Below the pieces are notes generated by a model. That model saw nothing but the letters and a program-made list of their open reading frames with translations. It did no database searches and had not been told where the DNA came from. A DNA stretch of 64,000 nucleotides, taken from a virus. Both the position numbers and the translations under genes were made by a program. How positions within the stretch are numbered: the stretch's first letter is position 1; the number at the start of each line of letters is the position of its first letter. Shown one piece after another: positions 27,736-36,800 of the stretch. The stretch lies in IMG/VR virus record IMGVR_UViG_3300031857_000028, positions 64,001 to 128,000 of that record, one strand, 5' to 3'.

Positions 27736-28071
27736 TTAGTATGTTAATACTTCATCTAATGCTTTAACTACTGTAGTGCAATCTATTTTTTTATTTTCAC
27801 ATACGCTGACCACTTCTTCTTTTAGTTCATTTACTTTTGTCTTGAATGCAGTGACCAAAAGTTTCCATTCAACTAAAGCAGTTTCCGTTCTAATGTACGG
27901 AATTGTGTTTAATTGAGAAGCCATCATGTGCATCTCTGTGCACAATTCCATCAACTTTTTACTTTGTTCACCGGTTAATTCTGGATAGAGTTTTTCCATA
28001 ATGGTTTGAATTTTCATCAAATTGATGCGGTTTTCTGCATTCTCTACCAATAAATCTGTTAAACGAATCAT
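27736..28071 (-). CDS. Putative internal head protein
   Basis: 111 aa, N-terminus MIRLTDLLVE. Confidence 0.6.
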   Translation of the reverse strand: MIRLTDLLVENAENRINLMKIQTIMEKLYPELTGEQSKKLMELCTEMHMMASQLNTIPYIRTETALVEWKLLVTAFKTKVNELKEEVVSVCENKKIDCTTVVKALDEVLTY

Positions 28072-28481
28072 TGATCTTTCTCCTTATTGAGATGCTTCCG
28101 CATCTTTTTGACATCTTTGGGTTTTGGTGCTCCATTAATATAACCGCCGGGAAGACTTAATCCAATTCCTCCCGTGGGGGCCCCATCTTCTTTGGTGACT
28201 TTTTTAGATTCCACATACTGCTTTAATTTTGTATAATAATCTGGAACTTCCCGAAGATGTGCAGCAGCAATCATTGCAGTTTTTACTAAACTTCCGTCCG
28301 TGACATCTTGGTGTTCTAATTCCGTATTCATGCCCAAAACAAATTGGTTGAAGTCAAAATCATATCCCATATAATCATAGATACGTTTTGCTTCTTCCTT
28401 ACTAATATAAGTATCTCCGCTGACATACGGAGTGTCTTTTTTCGTGTCGGTTTCGGTCAATAAATCACGGAGACGTATCAC
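28068..28481 (-). CDS. Putative internal head protein (DUF5661-like)
   Basis: GTG start gives MIRLRDLLTE. Contains GMNTELEH...IAAAHLREVPDYYTKL. Confidence 0.65.
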   Translation of the reverse strand: MIRLRDLLTETDTKKDTPYVSGDTYISKEEAKRIYDYMGYDFDFNQFVLGMNTELEHQDVTDGSLVKTAMIAAAHLREVPDYYTKLKQYVESKKVTKEDGAPTGGIGLSLPGGYINGAPKPKDVKKMRKHLNKEKDQ

Positions 28482-28894
28482 CACTTACGGCAACTCCAAT
28501 ACCGTGCTTTAGTTCTTGGGCCAGGATTTGCACAGTTGTGACGTGCTCTAAATGACTTACGGCGACCAGGAATATTCTTCTTGATACGCATCTTTTTGTC
28601 ACCGAAGTTTACTTTCTTGATATTACCAGTTTTTGGGTCTTTAACATATACTTTGAATTTTCCAACATCGCCGCGCATTGGTTTTCCAAGGGGAACTTTG
28701 CGACCTTGATATTCTGCTTCTTCCAACATATCCTTACGTTCTAAGATATATTTAGCTAAACATGCTGGACAAAACTCACCATCATAAATGTCATTTTCGT
28801 TGATAGGAACGCAGTTGGGAACCATCTTACCACCTTTATCCTTCATACCAACTTGTCTATATCCTTCCCAACAAGCTTCAGTAATATTATCCAT
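28478..28894 (-). CDS. Putative internal head protein with basic modules
   Basis: Likely start 28894 (MDNITEACW). Modules CWEGYRQVGMK..VPNCVP and EAEYQGRKV..RKSFRARHNC..ARYWSC are typical of T4-like head regions. Confidence 0.65.
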   Translation of the reverse strand: MDNITEACWEGYRQVGMKDKGGKMVPNCVPINENDIYDGEFCPACLAKYILERKDMLEEAEYQGRKVPLGKPMRGDVGKFKVYVKDPKTGNIKKVNFGDKKMRIKKNIPGRRKSFRARHNCANPGPRTKARYWSCRKW

Positions 28895-28895
28895 A

Positions 28896-29222
28896 TTAAT
28901 TATCCTTTTTGAACGTTGACACCATCGTAGGTTTACCACCAGGATTTCCTGCTTTACGTTTCCGAGTAACTGCTGACCGTTTTTCACCTTTACTCATTGC
29001 TGCTGCAGAACGGGCAGGACGACATTTTGGATATTTAGCAGAGCCACCTTTTCGTTCTTTTTTTCCAGCAGATGCCCCACATGGTGGATGCTTTCCACTT
29101 TTATCTTTTCGTGAAATATCCACCCATTTTTGACGAAGCCATTTTCCCAAATTACCTTTGGTCTTATACTTTTCGTCTAGTTCATCAACGACTTCTTCCA
29201 AAATATCCGAAAGACTTATCAT
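28896..29222 (-). CDS. Basic putative internal head protein
   Basis: 108 aa. Starts MISLSDILEE. Contains LGKWLRQKWVDI...YPKCRP. Confidence 0.65.
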   Translation of the reverse strand: MISLSDILEEVVDELDEKYKTKGNLGKWLRQKWVDISRKDKSGKHPPCGASAGKKERKGGSAKYPKCRPARSAAAMSKGEKRSAVTRKRKAGNPGGKPTMVSTFKKDN

Positions 29223-29554
29223 TTTTTACCCTTCTTCCATCCACCGCCCATACTCTTATATTTCTTTGCAGCCCACAAATTTGCATAAGCAGAAGGATAC
29301 ACATCAAATTTTGCACGTGCGGCTGCTTTTGCTTTTGCCCACTTGTCGGGACTCGTGGGTGTATTTTTTTCAAGTAAAGCAGAAAATTCTTCTAACTTTT
29401 TCTTTTTATGTGGGTCATTATTATACGTTGAATATGTGTCAAAGTCAGGTTGCGGCGCAGAAAACGTATCCCCCGTGTATTCGTTGGTAGTTTCTTCACA
29501 CCCGCATCCTTCATCACATCGACAAATATTTTCGTAAAAATCAATGTATTTCAT
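29219..29554 (-). CDS. Putative internal head protein
   Basis: 111 aa, KFDVYPSAYANLWAAKKYKSMGGGW module. Confidence 0.6.
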   Translation of the reverse strand: MKYIDFYENICRCDEGCGCEETTNEYTGDTFSAPQPDFDTYSTYNNDPHKKKKLEEFSALLEKNTPTSPDKWAKAKAAARAKFDVYPSAYANLWAAKKYKSMGGGWKKGKK

Positions 29555-29555
29555 A

Positions 29556-29918
29556 TTACTTTAAAAATTTTAATTTATAAATAGTTGAACTAATTAAACC
29601 AGAAATTTCATCCACGGTGTTGTTGAGTTCTCCGTCTTGAGGTAATTGTGTGCGAATTTCATCAACAAACTTCTGCAATCCTGCAAAATATTTTAACACC
29701 GAATCATCTTCAAAAATCTGATTCGACATAACATATCCGCGAATAATTCCATATCGACCTTGGGCCATTTCTGCGTAGGAATCAATTAAATCAACAATCT
29801 CATCATAATATTCATTCAATGCTTTATGTGCGGCAAATGACGGTGTTTGTAAATGAAACACATGTGCTTGCGTTCTACTGGACATCAATGTTCCTAAAAA
29901 CTTTGCAATCGGTTCCAT
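29556..29918 (-). CDS. Ferritin/Dps-like four-helix protein (DUF5856-like)
   Basis: 120 aa. HVFHLQTPSFAAHKALNEYYD...DSYAE...YKLKFL. Confidence 0.7.
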   Translation of the reverse strand: MEPIAKFLGTLMSSRTQAHVFHLQTPSFAAHKALNEYYDEIVDLIDSYAEMAQGRYGIIRGYVMSNQIFEDDSVLKYFAGLQKFVDEIRTQLPQDGELNNTVDEISGLISSTIYKLKFLK

Positions 29919-29919
29919 G

Positions 29920-30588
29920 TTACTTGTCCTTTTTATGTGATTTATATCCCTTGGACTTCATGTAATAAGCAAGCGCCCACGGATTGTCAATTTTCTTATA
30001 TTTCTTCATTGCTTTGACGGTACCTTCCCATCCTTCAGGAGCAACTTCATCCATACAATCTGCACCTTCACAAATACTTTCATGAGCTAGGTGTGGATCT
30101 TTGTGTGGATCTTTGTGGTCTTTGGATGGGTTTAAATGCGTACCTTCTGGCATCATACCATCGGTGGCATCTGCAGGTGTTCCTTCCCCATCACCCAATG
30201 AACCTGGTTTATTCTTCTCATAATTCATGTTGTTATATACTGCATTCATGTATTCCGCTGCCTTGGTGATTTTTGACTGAACCCATCCCTCTAGTTCTTC
30301 ATCGTCACCCAACATGTTATAAATTTCTTTTGAATGCTTATTAATTGCCATCAAATCTGCTTTTGCCATCTGACCTTCGTGGTCATCAACAACGTCTGGA
30401 TTGTCTGGATTTTCTTCGTTCAAATTTTCTTTCTTAGTCCGTAGTTTTGCTAAATCTTCGCCTTCAATTTTCCCATCTTTATCAACGTCTAATTTTTTTT
30501 GATTGCCGGTAAGGTCTTCTTCGATAGTACGTGAACCAACCGGGGCTCCGATTCCACGTAGGTCTACTAATCCCATCATTCTAATCAT
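29920..30588 (-). CDS. Modular putative internal head protein
   Basis: 222 aa. Modules LDVDKDGKIEGEDL (EF-hand-like), DHEGQMAK..LEGWVQSKITKA and APEGWEGTVKAMK..NPWALA. Confidence 0.65.
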   Translation of the reverse strand: MIRMMGLVDLRGIGAPVGSRTIEEDLTGNQKKLDVDKDGKIEGEDLAKLRTKKENLNEENPDNPDVVDDHEGQMAKADLMAINKHSKEIYNMLGDDEELEGWVQSKITKAAEYMNAVYNNMNYEKNKPGSLGDGEGTPADATDGMMPEGTHLNPSKDHKDPHKDPHLAHESICEGADCMDEVAPEGWEGTVKAMKKYKKIDNPWALAYYMKSKGYKSHKKDK

Positions 30589-30636
30589 TGTTGTACTCCC
30601 GTTGGTTTAAGCTTTTTAACTATTCTATGTAATATT

Positions 30637-30963
30637 TTATTCATCATCAGATGAACCGTCTTTCTTTTTAAATCCGCCGCCGAGTGCTATACTAGACGCT
30701 GAGGCCCACAGGTAATCTTCCCATTCGTCACCGTAGTTTTTCTTAAATCGTGCCACCGTTTTAGAATTACCTTTCATCTTTTTACCAATCTCGTCTCTCT
30801 TTGCAATCTGTGCAGGTGACATCCGACGACGATTTTTACGCGTTTCTTTAGTGTACGGAGGAACAGTTTTTTCATCCAACGATTCATCGCGCATGAATCG
30901 AATTTCATTTATTATTTTATAAATTTCTTCTTTAATAATTTCTTCCAGTTCACTACGTTTCAT
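30637..30963 (-). CDS. Putative internal head protein
   Basis: 108 aa, MKRSELEEIIKEEI N-terminus, SD GGAGA. Confidence 0.65.
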   Translation of the reverse strand: MKRSELEEIIKEEIYKIINEIRFMRDESLDEKTVPPYTKETRKNRRRMSPAQIAKRDEIGKKMKGNSKTVARFKKNYGDEWEDYLWASASSIALGGGFKKKDGSSDDE

Positions 30964-30999
30964 AAAAAGTCTCCGCGGAGAATATAAAGTACATCACTA

Positions 31000-31007
31000 T
31001 ATAAATA
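31000..31007 (-). promoter_or_regulatory. Putative late promoter motif (sense strand TATTTATA)
   Basis: About 37 nt upstream of the ATG at 30963. Confidence 0.55.
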
Positions 31008-31032
31008 TAACTAAATTTATATTAAAACGTTT

Positions 31033-32613
31033 CTATCCTATAAGCCAACGAATATCTTCGCTCTGATTGTTACCAATTTTCATTTCATATGGATTATGAT
31101 CAAGACCACCTTGCTTGATTGCAAGAGGAATACTATTGTATGACGTTTTATCTAATGCCATTTTTGTTAATTCGATTCCTTCCTGTCGTAGACGAAGTGC
31201 TGTATCACGGACCCATAATCCAATACACAGTGCCAATACCAAGTCGTCATTATATCCTTGCAATGCCTCTGGACGACCGTTCTTCCAAATAAACGTTTCT
31301 AATTCTGCCATCATACGACCAGACCGAATCGTAAACGAATTATCTAACATATACTCTTTGAGTCGTGCAATGATGAGTGGACGAGTGCGTTGGGAAATCA
31401 TAAAGCCTGGAACCATGTTTCGTTCATCCCGATAATGTCTATTTGTTATTTGATGTTCGACATCAACGTATTGTAAATCTCTTGACATATAAAAGAGATT
31501 TCGATATCCACGGTCAATAATTTGTTGAATGCAATTCCATCCGATAGAACTGTTATCGGGAATTAATAGTGCATCGTTGTATTCGGTGGCAATAGACACT
31601 AACATATTACCAAATTGTTTTGTCTCCACCTTACCTTTATATTCTGCAACTTGCATAGATTTTTCTACATCAATGACATGGAAGGTAGAATAATCTTCAC
31701 CATCGCCTCGGGCAACGTCAGCACAAACAACATAAGATTTACCTGCTACAGGGTATTCCCATACCCACAAATTTCCATCAAATCCTTGCTTAGAAATAGG
31801 TTCTTGTACATACGTCTTTTTATAAAATTCAATAATATCTGGTGGGACCACGGTATTACCAGAAAAGATAAATGAGGCATCGTGTTCCTGTGATGCTTGC
31901 ATTTCACCCATGAGTTCTGTCTGACGGTCACGCCAAGCTTGATCACGTTCTGGGTGTACTCGCCAGTCTAAGAGAATGGGATTGAATCCGTTTTCCTTAT
32001 TCTCCGCTTGTTGCCACATTTTGTGGAAGAAATTACCAATACCATTTGGCGTAGAGAGAAGAATTGCTTGACCGCCTGTAGATAACGTACTTGATGCGGC
32101 TGTCCAAATAATGTCTGCATCATCAATGAATGCTGCTTCGTCAAGAATTAACAATGACAATGCTTCAGAACGTCCTGCATCCTTACTACTTGCCACGGCT
32201 TTAATCTGTGACCCGTTTGAAAATTGTAACGAGAGTTTATTATCTGTTATACATTGTCCACGCAACCATACGGGAAGATTTTGATGCATGAATCTTACTT
32301 TTGTGACCAAGTTCTTTGCTGTTTCTTGTTTAGTTGCAATAACAAGAATATTCTTATCTCGGTGAAACAACAATAACCACAGAGAATATCCTGCCACTAA
32401 CGTAGAAATACCAATCTGACGCCCCTTCAGTACAATATTATAATCATGTTGTTGAAAATCTTTTAAAGAATTTTTTTGATAATGATATAAATCAAACAAC
32501 ACCCGACCTCGTACCGGGTGTTGTATGAACGAATATTTTGATAGAAAATATTCTGGACTTATTGCACATTTTTTATATTCCTGCTTAATTAACTCCTTTA
32601 ACTCCTGTCCCAT
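31033..32613 (-). CDS. gp17: Terminase large subunit (T4 gp17-like)
   Basis: LKGRQIGIST (Walker A), LLILDEAAF (Walker B), STPNG, DVARGDGEDYS and NDDLVLA motifs. Likely start ATG 32613 with SD AGGAGA. Confidence 0.95.
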   Translation of the reverse strand: MGQELKELIKQEYKKCAISPEYFLSKYSFIQHPVRGRVLFDLYHYQKNSLKDFQQHDYNIVLKGRQIGISTLVAGYSLWLLLFHRDKNILVIATKQETAKNLVTKVRFMHQNLPVWLRGQCITDNKLSLQFSNGSQIKAVASSKDAGRSEALSLLILDEAAFIDDADIIWTAASSTLSTGGQAILLSTPNGIGNFFHKMWQQAENKENGFNPILLDWRVHPERDQAWRDRQTELMGEMQASQEHDASFIFSGNTVVPPDIIEFYKKTYVQEPISKQGFDGNLWVWEYPVAGKSYVVCADVARGDGEDYSTFHVIDVEKSMQVAEYKGKVETKQFGNMLVSIATEYNDALLIPDNSSIGWNCIQQIIDRGYRNLFYMSRDLQYVDVEHQITNRHYRDERNMVPGFMISQRTRPLIIARLKEYMLDNSFTIRSGRMMAELETFIWKNGRPEALQGYNDDLVLALCIGLWVRDTALRLRQEGIELTKMALDKTSYNSIPLAIKQGGLDHNPYEMKIGNNQSEDIRWLIG

Positions 32614-32614
32614 C

Positions 32615-33277
32615 TTATCTCCTTGCCAATTTATCCCCAACAATCACACCTGCGGTGAATGCAACAATTCCAGCAGTTTTCTTACTAATCCATTGGCGGG
32701 GTGGTTTTGGCATATTAATTAAGTTATTAACTACGTTTTGTAAACTATCACCGCGTTGAGTTGTTAATGCTATTGCACTATCCAATTTTGTAATTTTAAA
32801 TTGTTGTGCTGTAATTATTTCACGCTGAGTCGTAATAGTACATTCCGCAGTTTCTAATTGGTCTTTTAAGTTGTAAATAATACCTTCTTGTATTTGAACG
32901 ACCTGTGCGGTATCCATTGCACTTTCTAGACTATCTTCCAGTACGCTAAGTTCTCCCCGTAGTCGTTCACGACTTTGGTTTCCAAGTTCTACTTTTAACG
33001 ACAATTTTGTGATAGTAGCATCTTTTTGCTTCGATTCATTTGACAATCTTACCACTTCGGTTTTTGCAGAATCGGCAAATTGTTTTGTTTTTTCGGCCTG
33101 TTCTTGTAACATCGAAAATTCTGCTCTAAATTTATTTAATTTAGAATCACTCTCACATTGTCCCATACTAAATGCAAAGATTGTTAGCACCACAGCCACC
33201 ACTATTTGAGATAGTTGTGACAACTTGACAAATTCTTTCAATAGTTTACGAGTTGCTTCAATTATTTTTTCCGTCAT
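32615..33277 (-). CDS. Membrane-anchored coiled-coil protein (spanin-like candidate)
   Basis: 220 aa. N-terminal hydrophobic segment ending in GQC, long coiled coil, C-terminal hydrophobic segment. Confidence 0.45.
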   Translation of the reverse strand: MTEKIIEATRKLLKEFVKLSQLSQIVVAVVLTIFAFSMGQCESDSKLNKFRAEFSMLQEQAEKTKQFADSAKTEVVRLSNESKQKDATITKLSLKVELGNQSRERLRGELSVLEDSLESAMDTAQVVQIQEGIIYNLKDQLETAECTITTQREIITAQQFKITKLDSAIALTTQRGDSLQNVVNNLINMPKPPRQWISKKTAGIVAFTAGVIVGDKLARR

Positions 33278-33848
33278 TCATTTGCGCCTCACATTCTAAA
33301 AGATGAGCAGTTAATTCTTGAATATCCTTTTTAAGATCTTCTTTTATCTTATCAATGTCCACATTCCATTGCTCTATCATTAGGATTCGTTCTTCATCGG
33401 CATGAACAAATGACGGAGAAGTTACCGTATCATGATAATGCTGTAATTCTTTAATATGGTCACGTAATGATGCTACATAATTTTTTTGTAATTTACTCTT
33501 TTCATATTCATCCCACTTTCCTTGCAGACGAATTTCTGTTTCTTCTTTAATGACGCAATCCATACATTTACCTTGCATCATCCAAAATTTGGTATCAAGG
33601 CGATGTCCCATAGCTTTATCACATTGAGGACAGAACCATGGCGTTTTTGCCAAATCTAGTTTGGTAACATTTTGTTTTACACCATTTTTAACCGTCCACT
33701 TTTTCCCATCCAAATCTTCCCATACATCGCCTTCATTACGAGTTTCACTTAATCCTGGACGCCACCCGACTACAATACGTTCGTCGGTCTTTTTCATTAC
33801 TTCATTAATTTTTCGTCGCACATTATTAATTGCTTCATGGTCTGCCAT
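33258..33848 (-). CDS. Hypothetical Zn-binding protein
   Basis: 196 aa. EGDVWE..GKKWT, CPQC...CMDC. SD GAGG. Confidence 0.65.
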   Translation of the reverse strand: MADHEAINNVRRKINEVMKKTDERIVVGWRPGLSETRNEGDVWEDLDGKKWTVKNGVKQNVTKLDLAKTPWFCPQCDKAMGHRLDTKFWMMQGKCMDCVIKEETEIRLQGKWDEYEKSKLQKNYVASLRDHIKELQHYHDTVTSPSFVHADEERILMIEQWNVDIDKIKEDLKKDIQELTAHLLECEAQMNDGKNN

Positions 33849-33857
33849 AATAACCTC

Positions 33858-36800
33858 TTAGTCTTGTCTGTTTTTTGGTATACCTGCTCTATTTGATAAT
33901 CCACGCATTCTTTGACGAATAACAGCCATTGCTGCTCTGTGTGCAGGATGTTCTTTGTTATAATCCATTGCCGTGTCAATTTTAATTTCGTTACCCGTTT
34001 CTGGATTTGTAATACGCATTTTTAATAACGATTTAAATAATGTATTTGCGTTTACTTTTTTCTTTGACGCACTTCCATCTTTTTTAGCAGGATATACGGA
34101 GATAGGTGCATCGAATGGTGCTGCTCTCCCGAGTACTTTTACCGGCATCGTATGTCCCAGTGATGCTAATACCGATAATCGTGTATTTCCACCCAACAAA
34201 TAATAGCCACTTACATGTTTAATAACAACTGGCATGGAAATTGGTTTCTTTGCTTTAATATCTGTTAACAATCCCGTAACATCCTTCTTATTACCAATCA
34301 TTTGTTTTAGAATTTGCGTTTTATTTTTCCCACTTAAAATATCACCAACGTCACTGTTTTCTAATGCTTTTAATTCGTTTATATCTAACACTTCGGCAGG
34401 TGCCTTTTTAATCATATCAATTAATTCATATGAAGAATCTGCTAGATTTGGAAATGCTTTTAACGTTCGTTCGTTCTTGAAATACTCGTCAATTTCATGT
34501 TCCAATTCTTCTTCTGTATGTTCTTTCACATATATATAGACTTTTAAATTCTCAGAACTAGATTTACTTTCCATCAACATTGTCTCATTCTGTTGCATTG
34601 CAGCTTGCACCAATGCTTCTGCTGCTTTTCTAGCCGAATGTTCTTTTGGATACGTTAATGCTGTAGCAACTAAAATTTTTCTACCAGTGTCGGGGTTTTC
34701 AACTCGTTGTCGCAATACCGACTTGGCACGTTTTACTGCTTTTTCATCTGGTTTTTTCTTACCACGTTTTGTTGGTTCACCGTGCTGAGCAGTTAGTTTT
34801 CTGGCTTCTTCCGATTCCGTTGTTGTTTTTACAATCTTATCAAAGATTTTTTGGTCGAACTTTCCATACACTTTTGTGAAAATTTCTTGTTTTGCACGGT
34901 CAGTAATTTGTGGGTCACCCATTACGGCACGAAGTTGTGTTCCACTGATATTTTTTCCGTCAATTGACAATTGCATTTCTGGTGCAACAATAAAATATCC
35001 TTGGTCTTTAAATCCTTTACGTTCTTCTTCCGGTACATCATCAAAATTTCTAAAGTATTTACCGCCACTTAAACGTTCCGAGTCCTTTTGACTGACTGCG
35101 GTTACATACGTAGTATCTTCAGGTACTTTTTCTAGAATTTCCACAGGTGCATATGGATTTTTAACTTGAACAATCATCTCTTCCGGAATATCAAACATTC
35201 GGGTCATGATTTCTTGTCTGTCCCTGAACTCAAATGGTGATTTAATAGCATCCGTCTTACCGCTAGAAGCTATATATACATTCTCTTTCCCAAATTTCTC
35301 CACCAATCCTTCATAAATACTATAATGACCGGCATGGAACGGTTGGAATCGACCCGTAAAGATTGCAATAGTTCGTTTTGGTGGAGTTTCTGCTGAGGGT
35401 TCCGTTGGTTCTGCTGCCGTAGGTTCTGTTTCCGTGGTACCCGGTGGATTGTATGTTTGTTCGTATTCTTGTTTTGCAACACGATAATATCCATCACCAT
35501 CTTTCACTAAATAATCACCTGGCTTCATCACCATTGATTGACCCCACGGAGCCGTAAATGTAATGTCTTCAGTTCCCGTATATGCCGCTACTTGTCGAGG
35601 AGATTGTTCAGGTATTTTTGTTCCGTTTGGTCCATCAGCATACAATTTATCAAATTTACCTGCCTTGACCACATATTGCTCGCCGGACGGTCCAGACATA
35701 ATAATGTCGCCTACTTCTGCCACATTTTCAGTTTCTTTACCATCAGCTGTCACCGTAACAACTTTCAATCCGTCAACGGTATTTTTTGCAAACGACATCG
35801 GTTTCATACCTTCTAAGTCTGAGGCATCTCCTATGTCATTGCCTTGTGCATATTGTTTTGCTTGTTTTGTGGTTGGTTTAAATTCTAATTTAGACGCCAC
35901 ATCTTTTATATCAGTTAGTTCAGGTGTTTTTGGTTCTTCCGATTCTTTTGGAGCCATTCCAAACTTAAATGTTCCCGTAATTTGATTTATAGGAGCAAAT
36001 TGTCCGGTAAACTTATAGGGTTTCCCGTTATAAATAAATACCACACCTTCCGATGGGACGATGTTATCAATTCCCATACCCTCCAGACGTTCTAATTCCC
36101 TCTGTAGCTTAGCAATCTTATCTGGTTGGTCACTATCTCTGATTGCTTTAATGGCTTCCAGCACGTCCCGTTTGAGCTGGGCACTGGCCTCTGGATTATT
36201 CGATGATAAGAAGTTGGTAACTCTCCGCAATGAGTCAGTTCCGACTTGTAAGAAAGTAGTTTCTATCGGCTTAATCATTGCCTTTTGTTTTTGTGCTAAT
36301 TCATTTTTCTCAAACTCTCTAAACCACTTCTTGGTTTCGTCGTTCTCAATATCTTTCACCCCAAATTTTTTACTACCGTCTGTCCAACGATCTACTAACC
36401 CATTAAATTCCTTCTCGGATAGTTCGATTCCCTTAGATTGCATTTGTTGAGTAAGTTCACGTTCCCACCAAGCACGACGATAATCTGCTAGGGTAGCTTT
36501 GTCATCTAATTCAAATTCTTGAGCAACTCTATCTAACCGACCAGAATAGTCTTCAGCTTTCTGTTGATACGTCTCTGTTTCGGCATCACTGAATACAATA
36601 GTTTTTGGACCGCTAATACCAAATGTTTTTTGTTGTTCTGCTCCAACCGCAGTAACTGCATCAGCAAATTCCTTTCCATCGGTTGTTGACCGACCAATTT
36701 CATTTCCGTCTTCATCATATTCGATAGTTCCATGCATGACCAAGACACTTTTCCCATACGGAATGACATTTTGTGTATCTGGGAGGATAACTTCCAAACT

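Noticed and set aside
30971-30980. Perfect palindrome CTCCGCGGAG over the SD of the 108-aa gene
   Set aside because: A single 10-bp occurrence that is too short for a stable hairpin and could be chance.
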